A stretch of 18,192 nt of DNA from Candidatus Micrarchaeia archaeon (GTDB taxonomy: Archaea > Micrarchaeota > Micrarchaeia > Anstonellales > Bilamarchaeaceae). Positions 1 to 8,269 of this stretch are shown in pieces. The position numbers were made by a program, and so were the translations under genes. The notes beneath the pieces are model-generated. The model saw only the letters and a list, made by a program, of their open reading frames with translations. It ran no database searches and was not told the origin of the DNA. The stretch's first letter is position 1; every line of letters begins with the position of its first letter. The DNA lies in the NCBI GenBank assembly GCA_046538155.1, contig JBKHJL010000023.1, positions 1 to 18,192 on the forward strand, read 5' to 3'.

Positions 1-2795
1 GAAATACTTTCACTGTAGATGCAAGGAATCTTACTTTCACCAACCCCACCGGCTCCCTTGACAACTACACAGTGCTGGACATTCAGGACGATGTTTCTGC
101 AGATGAGACATACGGAATAAACTGGACTCAGAACCAGACTTCCCTTCCCGAAGAGGCAATCTCATTTGAGAATAAGTATGTTTTGATTGAGGGCTCAACA
201 GCAGTTTCCATAGATGAACTTGTCTGGCACTGGGGTGCAGGCGAGGAAGCAGGATACGCCCCCTCCCAGTTCAAGCTTTTAAGGTATAGTATATCTGAAG
301 GCGGGTCCCTGGTGAACGAGACTCCTGATACCGGGGCAAGAACCCTCTCAACCTATGACCTGGACCCCGCTTCAAGCGATTATGGGATACTTCAGTATGT
401 TGCAAACGTTTCCATCATTAAGCTCAACCAGACACCATTCCCACCAAGCGAAGGAGGGGTGGTGGAATTCAACATCACCATAAACAACACGGGAAACGTT
501 ACACTGGACACGGTCCAGGTGGTGGATGAGCTTCCTGCAGGGCTTCAATGGGCAGGAGAATCCCCCAATCCCGATTCCTGCACAAATGGGGAGTGTACCT
601 GGAACAATGTCGGGCCCCTTGCGCCCGGAGACTCCACAGTAATATATGTTAATGCAACTGTGGGTGCAGGGGTTGCAGATGCAGGAAACAGGATAGTGAA
701 TGTTACAAATTACGTGAATGCAACATTTGATTCCAACCTCACCTCACCAGGATTTGCAGAGGATTATGAAAACGCAACGGTTTATTTTGCGAATCTCACC
801 ATCACTAAAACAGATGTTTCTTCATACCCGCCTGTTCCCGGAGCGACCGTGGAATACAGGATAGATGTGGAGAACACAGGAAACGTGACCTTGGACCCCG
901 TACGGATTTATGATGCCCTCCCTGCGTGGTTCAACTACAGCAATGCAGACCCGCTACCGGATTCCACAGGCAGCCACTGGGCAAACTGGGACGATGTCGG
1001 GCCCCTTGCCCCGGGTGCAACCACAACAATTTATCTGAATGCAACAATAAATGAAAGCGCACCAGAAGGCGCCCAGACCAATACTGCAGAAGGGGAAGGC
1101 GCCCCGGTAAATGGAAACAATGTTACTGGAACCGATGATGCAACCACAACAGTTGTTTACCCGTCCATCACAGTAAGCAAAACCAATCCGCCTACAGCAG
1201 ACATAGGCGACAACGTTACCTACACTCTGAACATTACCAACACCGGCCCGGTAAACATCACAGTTTCAGTAAATGATACAATTCCTGTAGGGCTGCAGTT
1301 CCTTAATGCATCCCCGGCAAACACGTCTTCTTCAGGGAATACAATTTACTGGGAAGATATTTTCGTGAACCTTACCCCCGGGAGCTCGGAGCAGATAGAG
1401 TATAATGTTTCAGTGCTTTCCAATGGATTGCACATAAATGATGTGTGGGTTGTTGGGGCACCTCCGATGGGAGAAAATGCCACGGATGATACCCGCAGCA
1501 GGCTTTCCGTGGGCCAGGAAGAGGATGATGATGGTGGCAAAAAACTTGATGAAATGTACATTGTTGTTTCCACGCCCAGGATAGTTTACCAGGAAGTCAC
1601 CCTTACTGTTCTGGAGGAGGACGCCACACTCATATCCGGCGCAGAAGTAAGAATAGAAACTTATGCTCCAGGGTATGCTCATTGGTACTATTTGGGAGAA
1701 ACTGATTCGAACGGAGAGGTTACGTTTACTCCGGATTATGTTGGGGACTACCAGGCAGCGGCAACAAAATCTGGTTATGAAACTGCCCGTGAAGATTTCA
1801 GCGTTTCAGAAGCAAAGGGAGAATGCATGGTGAACCAGGACTGCCATGAATTGTACAATGATTGCTTCTTCTGCAACCAGGTTGACCACATGTGCACACT
1901 CAATAAAGGCGCGGAATGCGGCTTTGATGAGGACTGCCAGGGATACACCCCGGAAAAAGTAGAAGACAAAGGAACAATCAGAGGGACAGAAGGTGAATAC
2001 ACCGATGGGGAGCCCACCATAGAAGAAGGAGAATACACTGATGGGGAGGCCACTCCATCAGACCTCTTTGACAAAGGAATTTATGCATGCATAGACTGTC
2101 AGTGTACTCCTGTGGAATGCCTCACGGACGATGATTGTGAAGAGGGCCAGGAGTGCATAGACTATGAGTGTATTGGGGAGCCTGATGAAGAAGAAGGATG
2201 CGAATCCGATGCAGACTGCGCTTCTGATGAATACTGCAACCCGGATACTGGGGAGTGCGAGCAGGTTGAGTGCCCGTGCGGGCAGATAATAGACCACGAA
2301 TGCAGCCCTTACGAGTGCTGCTCAGACTCCACCTGCCTTGAGCTCTATGGAGACAACTACTACTGCAACCCTGACACCCATGAATGCGAACCAGTAGAAG
2401 AAGAGGAGGAAGAAGAGGAGGGGGACCAGCCCATGGACGTTGAGGTTCCAGGAGAGGTTTCTGTTGGCCAGCCGGTGCACATTTCCGTCACAAGTGATGG
2501 GGAGCATGTAGGCGACGCAGAAGTAACAGTAGTTATCCAGGGAACACCTTATAGTGCAGGGAAGACCGGGCCAAGCGGAGACATCACGTTTATCCCTGAA
2601 GAGGAAGGAGATTATACAGTGGTGGTAAGCAAGCCCGGATTTGATACAGGGGAGAAGGATTTCAAGGCAACATCCGAGCCAAGCCTCTGGGATACAATAA
2701 TAAGGGGAGCCTGGATACTGTTGTTCTTATTGATTCTGGCTGCAGTAATCTACGTGCTCTGGACCAGGAAAAAGAAGAGGAGGCCAAAGGAGTAG
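1..2795 (+). CDS. Large membrane-anchored cell-surface protein/adhesin, 5'-truncated (3 DUF11-like repeats, 2 Ig/carboxypeptidase-regulatory-like domains, Cys-rich acidic region, C-terminal TM helix)
   Basis: The frame is open from position 3 (NTFTVDARNLTF...), so GTG at 72 is probably internal. Three DUF11-type units (K..G..V.Y/F.I...NTG.V......D.LP) lie at ~403-1510. Two related beta domains at ~1554-1800 and ~2433-2670 share G.T..sG.vTF.P...GDY.....K.G. There are 26 Cys at ~1824-2390 and many N-x-S/T sequons. The protein ends in the hydrophobic AWILLFLLILAAVIYVLW followed by RKKKRRPKE. Confidence 0.85.
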   Translation, partial: NTFTVDARNLTFTNPTGSLDNYTVLDIQDDVSADETYGINWTQNQTSLPEEAISFENKYVLIEGSTAVSIDELVWHWGAGEEAGYAPSQFKLLRYSISEGGSLVNETPDTGARTLSTYDLDPASSDYGILQYVANVSIIKLNQTPFPPSEGGVVEFNITINNTGNVTLDTVQVVDELPAGLQWAGESPNPDSCTNGECTWNNVGPLAPGDSTVIYVNATVGAGVADAGNRIVNVTNYVNATFDSNLTSPGFAEDYENATVYFANLTITKTDVSSYPPVPGATVEYRIDVENTGNVTLDPVRIYDALPAWFNYSNADPLPDSTGSHWANWDDVGPLAPGATTTIYLNATINESAPEGAQTNTAEGEGAPVNGNNVTGTDDATTTVVYPSITVSKTNPPTADIGDNVTYTLNITNTGPVNITVSVNDTIPVGLQFLNASPANTSSSGNTIYWEDIFVNLTPGSSEQIEYNVSVLSNGLHINDVWVVGAPPMGENATDDTRSRLSVGQEEDDDGGKKLDEMYIVVSTPRIVYQEVTLTVLEEDATLISGAEVRIETYAPGYAHWYYLGETDSNGEVTFTPDYVGDYQAAATKSGYETAREDFSVSEAKGECMVNQDCHELYNDCFFCNQVDHMCTLNKGAECGFDEDCQGYTPEKVEDKGTIRGTEGEYTDGEPTIEEGEYTDGEATPSDLFDKGIYACIDCQCTPVECLTDDDCEEGQECIDYECIGEPDEEEGCESDADCASDEYCNPDTGECEQVECPCGQIIDHECSPYECCSDSTCLELYGDNYYCNPDTHECEPVEEEEEEEEGDQPMDVEVPGEVSVGQPVHISVTSDGEHVGDAEVTVVIQGTPYSAGKTGPSGDITFIPEEEGDYTVVVSKPGFDTGEKDFKATSEPSLWDTIIRGAWILLFLLILAAVIYVLWTRKKKRRPKE
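1989..2054 (+). repeat. Imperfect 30-bp direct repeat, period 36 bp, encoding EGEYTDGE[P/A]T twice
   Basis: gaaggtgaatacaccgatggggagcccacc (1989-2018) versus gaaggagaatacactgatggggaggccact (2025-2054). Confidence 0.85.
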
Positions 2796-2815
2796 CTTCC
2801 CCCTTTCTTTCCCTT
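2796..2815 (+). terminator. Possible pyrimidine-rich archaeal terminator after the surface protein gene
   Basis: cttccccctttctttccctt directly follows the TAG stop. Confidence 0.3.
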
Positions 2816-2820
2816 ATATT

Positions 2821-2866
2821 TTTAAATACTACTCCCCACTTACTCTAAAGCCAATGATATGAGGTG
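2821..2866 (+). promoter_or_regulatory. TATA box and 5' leader of the rpl7ae operon, with a candidate K-loop overlapping the SD
   Basis: TTTAAATA at 2821-2828; GCC-AAT-GA-TAT-GA-GGT at 2850-2865; SD GAGGTG at 2861-2866; ATG at 2872. Confidence 0.55.
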
Positions 2867-2871
2867 TATGT

Positions 2872-3585
2872 ATGGCGAGTTATGTAAAATATGAAACCCC
2901 AGATGAGGTAGTGGCAAACATACTTGAGGCACTTTCAGTTGCAAAGGATACAGGAAAGCTCCGCAAGGGAATAAACGAGACGACTAAGTCCATTGAGCGC
3001 AAGAACGCGAAGCTTGTAGTAATGGCCGAAGACATCCAGCCTGAGGAGATAATAATCCATGTTCCCTCTCTGTGCGAAGAGAGGGGAATCCCCTACGCAT
3101 ATGTCCGCTCAAAGAAGGACCTTGGCTCTTCAGTAGGAATAGGCGTTGGTACATCTTCTATTGCAATTGAGGATGCGGGTAGCGCGGCAGAGCTCCTCCA
3201 GGGAATCCTCAAGAGGCTCCCGCGCGCAGGTACTTCTGCTTCTGAGAAGAGGGCAGAGGAGAAGAAAAAAGAGGAAAAGCCAAAAGAAAAACCAAAGGAA
3301 GAGAAGAAAGAGGAAAAAAAGCAGGAAGAACCAAAAAAAGAAGAGAAAAGGCCTGCAGAAGAAGAACCAAAGGAAGAAAAGAGAGATGAGAAGCCCCCGG
3401 AAAAACCAAAGGAAGAACCGGTGAAGGAAGAAAAGAAGCCGGAAGAGAAGAAAGAGGAGAAGCCTGCAGAAGAAGAACCAAAGGAAGAAAAGAGAGAGGA
3501 AAAAAAGCAGGAAGAATCAAAGAAGGAAGAGCCAAAACCCGAGGAAGAGAAACCAAAGGAAGAATCCGGGGAGAAAAAGGAGTAG
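2872..3585 (+). CDS. rpl7ae: 50S ribosomal protein L7Ae with a ~118-aa Lys/Glu/Pro-rich C-terminal extension
   Basis: YVKYETP..., GKLRKGINETTKSIER, LVVMAEDIQPEEI..H.P.LCEE.GIPY.YV.SK..LG match L7Ae. The gene sits in the conserved archaeal L7Ae-S28e-L24e-ndk order. Confidence 0.97.
   Translation: MASYVKYETPDEVVANILEALSVAKDTGKLRKGINETTKSIERKNAKLVVMAEDIQPEEIIIHVPSLCEERGIPYAYVRSKKDLGSSVGIGVGTSSIAIEDAGSAAELLQGILKRLPRAGTSASEKRAEEKKKEEKPKEKPKEEKKEEKKQEEPKKEEKRPAEEEPKEEKRDEKPPEKPKEEPVKEEKKPEEKKEEKPAEEEPKEEKREEKKQEESKKEEPKPEEEKPKEESGEKKE
3309..3516 (+). repeat. Perfect direct repeats inside the purine-rich L7Ae tail
   Basis: 36-bp gcctgcagaagaagaaccaaaggaagaaaagagaga at 3351-3386 and 3462-3497; 22-bp agaggaaaaaaagcaggaagaa at 3309-3330 and 3495-3516. 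Confidence 0.9.
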
Positions 3586-3596
3586 GTGAAAACTAA

Positions 3597-3806
3597 ATGA
3601 ATTCACAGGGAACTCCGGCAGAAATTGTCGAAATAAAAACCAAAACAGGCATCTATGGGGAGATTTACCAGGTGCTCTGCAGGATTCTTGAGGGCCCGGA
3701 TAAGGGAAGGGTTATTCTCAGGAACGTGAAAGGCCCGGTAAAGAAGGGAATGATACTGATGCTTATTGAGGCAGAGCGCGAAGCCAAGGAAATCAGGGCA
3801 AGGTGA
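3597..3806 (+). CDS. rps28e: 30S ribosomal protein S28e
   Basis: PAEIVEI...TG.YGE..QV.CRILEG.DKGRVI.RNVKGPV..G..L.L.E.EREA; SD GGTGA upstream. Confidence 0.96.
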   Translation: MNSQGTPAEIVEIKTKTGIYGEIYQVLCRILEGPDKGRVILRNVKGPVKKGMILMLIEAEREAKEIRAR

Positions 3807-3811
3807 AAAAT

Positions 3812-4027
3812 ATGAAGTGCGCTTTTTGCAATACAGATGTGGAAAAGGGAAGGGGTTTCCTTTATGCAAAAAAGGACGGCTCCACCTATCTTTTCTGCTC
3901 AACCAAGTGCAGGAATAACCAGCTTGGCCTTAAGAGAGTCGGAAAAAAGGCACCCTGGGTAAGGAGAAAAAAGAAACCGGAAGAGACCAAGAAGGCCAAG
4001 AAGGCATCTTCACAGCAAAAGAAGTGA
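3812..4027 (+). CDS. rpl24e: 50S ribosomal protein L24e
   Basis: C.FC.....G.G..Y.KKDG....FCS.KC......KR......W Zn-binding pattern. ATG 3812 follows SD GGTGA (3802-3806); GTG 3803 is an alternative start. Confidence 0.96.
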   Translation: MKCAFCNTDVEKGRGFLYAKKDGSTYLFCSTKCRNNQLGLKRVGKKAPWVRRKKKPEETKKAKKASSQQKK

Positions 4028-4031
4028 TAGG

Positions 4032-4499
4032 ATGATGGAGAAGACCCTCATACTAATAAAGCCGGATGCTTTCCAGCGTGGAATAGTCGGGAGCATACTC
4101 TCAAGGTTTGAGCAGAAGGGGCTCAAGATATTGGGAATGAAGATGCTGAAGATGAGCCCGGAGCTTTCAAAAGAGCACTACGCACACCTCCTTGACAAAC
4201 CATTCTACCCCGGACTGGAAAAATTCATGACCTCTGCCCCCCTCCTCGCACTTGCTGTAGAAGGGCAGGAAGCGGTTGAGGTGGTAAGAAAAATTGTGGG
4301 TGTAACCAATGCCCGCAATGCTGAAGCAGGTACGATACGCGGAGATTTTTCAATGAGCACAGGGAGAAACGCCATACATGCTTCTGATTCCAGGGAAACC
4401 GCGGAAAAGGAGCTCGCGCGCTTCTTCAAGCCGGAGGAGCTTTTTGATTATCCGCTCAACAACTGGGATTTTATCTATGCAGAGGATGAGAAGGAATGA
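4032..4499 (+). CDS. ndk: Nucleoside diphosphate kinase
   Basis: EKTLILIKPDA.QRG.VG.I..RFE.KG, GTIRGDF, and the catalytic His motif NAIHASDS. Confidence 0.97.
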   Translation: MMEKTLILIKPDAFQRGIVGSILSRFEQKGLKILGMKMLKMSPELSKEHYAHLLDKPFYPGLEKFMTSAPLLALAVEGQEAVEVVRKIVGVTNARNAEAGTIRGDFSMSTGRNAIHASDSRETAEKELARFFKPEELFDYPLNNWDFIYAEDEKE

Positions 4500-4978
4500 T
4501 TTTTCCCAAACAATCCCTTTTCTCTTTTATCTCTGAACACATTGCAGATTCCCAGTTTCAGCCTGCAGGGGTTGACATCACCCTGAACAAAGTGCTCTCC
4601 TTTTCTTCCCCCGGCCATATAGATTTTGACAATTCTGAAAGAAGGATAAGTGAAACCGTGGAAGTTCCTTTCCGGGAGGGATGGGCAGAGCTCCGCGAAG
4701 GCGCATACAAAGTAATTTTCAATGAGTATGTAAATATACCCAGGGACGCCGCAGCATTCTGCTTTCCCCGCTCCTCCCTCCTCCGCTCAGGGATTACGCT
4801 GGAGTGCGCGGTGTGGGATCCGGGATATGAGGGACGGAGCGAAGCCCTCCTTCTTGTGAAAAATCTCCATGGCGCCAGGCTAAAGAAAAATGCCAGGATA
4901 GGGCAGCTTGTTTTTGCAAGGCTTTCAGAGCCCTCCACTGATTCTTATGAGGGCATATACAAGGGAGAGAACAGATGA
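4496..4978 (+). CDS. dut: Trimeric dUTPase, archaeal dUTPase/Dcd family
   Basis: QPAGVDI, PRSSLLR, AVWDPGYEG, RIGQL and C-terminal YEG.Y motifs. No Glu at the T-L-E position used by dCTP deaminases, which favours dUTPase. ATGA overlap with ndk. Confidence 0.85.
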   Translation: MIFPKQSLFSFISEHIADSQFQPAGVDITLNKVLSFSSPGHIDFDNSERRISETVEVPFREGWAELREGAYKVIFNEYVNIPRDAAAFCFPRSSLLRSGITLECAVWDPGYEGRSEALLLVKNLHGARLKKNARIGQLVFARLSEPSTDSYEGIYKGENR

Positions 4979-6162
4979 GGGATTGGGAATACCTTTCCAA
5001 AGGCAGGGGCATTGGGGGAGAAATAAAAAACAGCCCGGAGGATTTTCTGGTAGAGGAAATCTCCCCCGAAGGCGAGGTTTTTGAGCTTTACAGTAAAATA
5101 GAAAAAGAGGACCAGGGAAAAAAATATACCCATTTTATACTGCAGAAAAAGGACTGGAGCACTTCCGGTGCGCTCAGAAGAATAGCAAAGGCGCTCAGGG
5201 TGGGCCAGAAGAGGTTCAGCTATGCAGGCACCAAGGACAAGTTTGCGGTGACTACCCAGCTTGCATCAGTCTTCGGAGTTCCCAAGGAAAAAGTTTCATC
5301 GCTTGCACTAATGGATATACAGATAAACGGGGCATGGGGTGCGGAGGAGAAAATTAAGCTGGGCGACCTTACCGGAAACCGGTTCAGGATTTCCTGGAAA
5401 GGAGATGATGATTCTCCTGAAGAGAAAACAGAGAAGATTTATTCAGAACTGGAAGGGAAGTTCCCCAATTATTTTGGGCCCCAGCGCTTTGGCTCAACCC
5501 GCCGGAATACCCACAGGGTAGGTGAACTTATTCTCAGGGGAAAGATGGATGAGGCGGCAATGCATTTTCTTGCAGAAGCAGGGGAGGAAGAGCACAAAGT
5601 AGCACGGGAAGCCCGCGCCCATCTTCTCAGTTCCGGGGATTTTTCTGCTGCACTCAGGGAGTTCCCAAAACATCTCAGGCTGGAGCGCTCTATGCTTGCA
5701 TATCTTTCTGAGAATTCCGGGGATTTTGCAGGTGCGTTCCGCCGCCTGCCCAGGTATACGCTTCTTCTTTTTGTGCATGCATTCCAGTCCTTTCTCTTCA
5801 ATGAGGCGCTCTCCGAGCGCATAAAAGACGGGATGATACGCAGGGAGGATGGAGAATATTACTGTGATTCAGACTTCTATGGATTTCCTGAACCGGAAAA
5901 GCCGGGCACTGAATGGCTTTGCGGAAAGCTCCTGGGTTATGATTCTCAGCCCAATGAAAGAGAAAAGGAGTTGCTGGAAAAACACAACATCTCTCTGGAT
6001 GCATTCAGGGTAAAAGTGCTTCCGGAGCTTTCCTCAAAGGGCAGTTTCCGCCCATTCCTCTGCCCGATTAAGGATTTCGGGTTCAGCAGCAATACATTTT
6101 CATTTTCCCTCCCGGCAGGTGCATATGCCACCAGCGCACTCAGGGAGTTTATGAAGGGGTAA
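4975..6162 (+). CDS. truD: tRNA pseudouridine(13) synthase TruD/Pus7
   Basis: PEDF.VEEI, YAGTKDK.AVT.Q (catalytic Asp), LGDL.GNRF.I, PNYFG.QRFG, HAFQS.LFN, F.LP.G.YAT..LRE. Confidence 0.96.
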   Translation: MRDWEYLSKGRGIGGEIKNSPEDFLVEEISPEGEVFELYSKIEKEDQGKKYTHFILQKKDWSTSGALRRIAKALRVGQKRFSYAGTKDKFAVTTQLASVFGVPKEKVSSLALMDIQINGAWGAEEKIKLGDLTGNRFRISWKGDDDSPEEKTEKIYSELEGKFPNYFGPQRFGSTRRNTHRVGELILRGKMDEAAMHFLAEAGEEEHKVAREARAHLLSSGDFSAALREFPKHLRLERSMLAYLSENSGDFAGAFRRLPRYTLLLFVHAFQSFLFNEALSERIKDGMIRREDGEYYCDSDFYGFPEPEKPGTEWLCGKLLGYDSQPNEREKELLEKHNISLDAFRVKVLPELSSKGSFRPFLCPIKDFGFSSNTFSFSLPAGAYATSALREFMKG

Positions 6163-6166
6163 GTGT

Positions 6167-7243
6167 ATGCAGGAGGAGCAGGTAAGCTTTGAAGCAGGAA
6201 AAATATTCTATAATCCCCATATGCAGCTATGCCGCTCTTTTTCTTCTCTTCTTGTTGGTGCAATCGGGGAAGAGATTTCCATTCTTGATGGTTTTTCTGC
6301 TACAGGGATAAGGGGAATACGATATGCAAAAGAAAACCCCAATGTGAGCTCCCTGGACCTGCTGGACATGGACTCTGGTGCGGCAGACTTGTCCCGCACT
6401 AACGCAATCCGCAATGGCCTGGATGCGGAAGCATACACCGGAGAGTTCAATTCTTTTATGATGGACAGGAAATATGATTTTATTGAGCTTGACCCGTTTG
6501 GCTCCCCCGCCCCCTTCCTTTACCATGCAATACGCGCTTTCCGCAGTGCAAAGGCAGGATATATTTCTTTTACCGCAACGGATACGGCAGTTTTGTGCGG
6601 AGCGCACAAAAACGCATGCAAAAGGATTTATCATTCCACTCCTCTGCATGATGAGATTTTCCATGAGGCCGGGACCAGGATTCTATGGAAGTTTGCCTCA
6701 AGGATTGCAAATGAGTTTAATTTTGGGATAAGGCCGCTTGCAACCCTTTCCCACAGGCATTTTTTCAAGCTTTTCCTGAAGCTTGAGAAGGGCTCGGAAA
6801 ACGCCCTGAAGGATTTTTCCAGCACCGGCTACCTTACTTTCTGTCCATCCTGCGGACACAGGGAAGGGGGAAAAACAGGAAAGGGGTCCTGCCCTGCCTG
6901 CGGAGAGAAGGCCAGGGTTACCGGCCCCCTCTGGCTGGGGGAACTCCATGACCATACGCTCCTGAAGAGGATGCAGGAACTCAATTCCGAAAGGGATTAC
7001 AGCCATAAAAAAGAGCTCTCCGGGCTTCTGGGCCTGATGGAGGGGGAAATGGGCATGCCGCCCTGGTTTTACGGAATACACAGCACATGCTCAAGGCTTG
7101 GAATCCAGCCACCCCCAAAAAAGGAATTGCTTATTTCCGGACTGAAGGAGAGAGGTTTCAGGGCCGCGGAAACGCATTTTTCACCTACCGGAGTAAAAAC
7201 AGATGCAGGAATCCGGGATTTTGCTTCAGCCCTTAAGGGTTAA
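6167..7243 (+). CDS. trm1: tRNA (guanine(26)-N2)-dimethyltransferase Trm1
   Basis: FYNP.M...R, D.FSATGIRGIRY, DFIELDPFGSP.PF, TATDTAVLCG, HEAG.RIL, CxxC/CxxC finger, GPLW.G.L, THF.P.GVKTDA. Confidence 0.95.
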   Translation: MQEEQVSFEAGKIFYNPHMQLCRSFSSLLVGAIGEEISILDGFSATGIRGIRYAKENPNVSSLDLLDMDSGAADLSRTNAIRNGLDAEAYTGEFNSFMMDRKYDFIELDPFGSPAPFLYHAIRAFRSAKAGYISFTATDTAVLCGAHKNACKRIYHSTPLHDEIFHEAGTRILWKFASRIANEFNFGIRPLATLSHRHFFKLFLKLEKGSENALKDFSSTGYLTFCPSCGHREGGKTGKGSCPACGEKARVTGPLWLGELHDHTLLKRMQELNSERDYSHKKELSGLLGLMEGEMGMPPWFYGIHSTCSRLGIQPPPKKELLISGLKERGFRAAETHFSPTGVKTDAGIRDFASALKG

Positions 7244-7267
7244 ATTATTTTTTGGTGATGGGTACTC

Positions 7268-8269
7268 ATGGCGATTAAGCATACGACGCTCCCTAAGGAT
7301 GTCCTTGATTTCTTTGATTTTGCAACAATGAACCCGATGCAGAGCAGCCTGATGAGGCAGCAGATTTCTGTCCCCATGGTTCTTCTCCAGTCTCTGGAGC
7401 AGCAGGAGAGGGATATGCAGTTCATGGGAGGGGTAATGGCAGAAGAGACAGAAAAGGTTGCCCAGCAGCAGCACGAGGAACGGCAGGAAATTAACACTGG
7501 TTCAAAAGAGTCAGTTGCAACAGAAGAGATTTCCACCACCACTTTCAATCTGGTCTATTACAACCCCGAAACAAAAAAGCCAGAAGTGATAAAGGAAGAA
7601 GTGAGCACCAATGTTTCTAATTATATTCAAAACCAAAAGGTTCCGGGCATGGAAGCTCAGACATCAATGGCTGTTGACCAGGCAGTGGGCCAGAAATCAA
7701 CCCATGCACTCTACATGAATGTTGCAACCCCTCTTTCCCGGGAAGTGGTGGACCCGATAAAGCTTGAGGCCGCCCTGAGCAAGATTGAGGTTGAAAGCCC
7801 GAAGCCCTTTGGGGGGGCTGCAGCAGTTCCCGTGCCCGAGCAGGCATTTGACAGGGTGGAGCAGCGGCTTGAGAATGAGGGCCTGGAGCAGGAGGTGGTT
7901 GCACTAAATGCGCTCAGGGAAGTGGAGGATCTCAGGAAAGAGACAATTCACCAGGTGGATTCCCAGATATCCAGCTTTGAGGAGGTTATAGAGGAGCTGG
8001 AAGTGACGGATGAGCCGATGGACAAGGTTGTTGAAAAGCTTCCCCCTCTTTCCAGCAAGCGCTACCTTGCCCTGTTGAGGGAAGAAAAAGAGATAGCGGA
8101 AACCCTGCTTGTGGATATGCTTATAGCTGACCTGGAGTTCCTGGTGGTGCTCAAGAAGAACCTGAAGAATATGGGGCTTAAGGATTTGCTCAAAACTCTG
8201 GCAAAACTGGGAAAGCTGCCCGCACTCGGGGCATTGAGAAAAGAAGGCGGGGGGGATGAAGAGGACTAA
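7268..8269 (+). CDS. Hypothetical acidic, Gln/Glu-rich, largely helical protein (333 aa)
   Basis: Long ORF with SD GGTGA upstream and codon style like its neighbours; no family recognised. Confidence 0.8.
   Translation: MAIKHTTLPKDVLDFFDFATMNPMQSSLMRQQISVPMVLLQSLEQQERDMQFMGGVMAEETEKVAQQQHEERQEINTGSKESVATEEISTTTFNLVYYNPETKKPEVIKEEVSTNVSNYIQNQKVPGMEAQTSMAVDQAVGQKSTHALYMNVATPLSREVVDPIKLEAALSKIEVESPKPFGGAAAVPVPEQAFDRVEQRLENEGLEQEVVALNALREVEDLRKETIHQVDSQISSFEEVIEELEVTDEPMDKVVEKLPPLSSKRYLALLREEKEIAETLLVDMLIADLEFLVVLKKNLKNMGLKDLLKTLAKLGKLPALGALRKEGGGDEED

Noticed and set aside
72..74. GTG at 72 as the start of the surface protein
   Set aside because: The frame is open to the window edge, and there is no signal peptide or SD at this position.
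3241..3585. Direct repeats as a CRISPR array or mobile-element ends
   Set aside because: Only two copies of each, in frame within a low-complexity coding tail, with no unique spacers, cas genes or transposase.
4496..4978. dCTP deaminase call
   Set aside because: It lacks the catalytic Glu after the D.G(Y/F).G motif, and its short length fits archaeal dUTPase.
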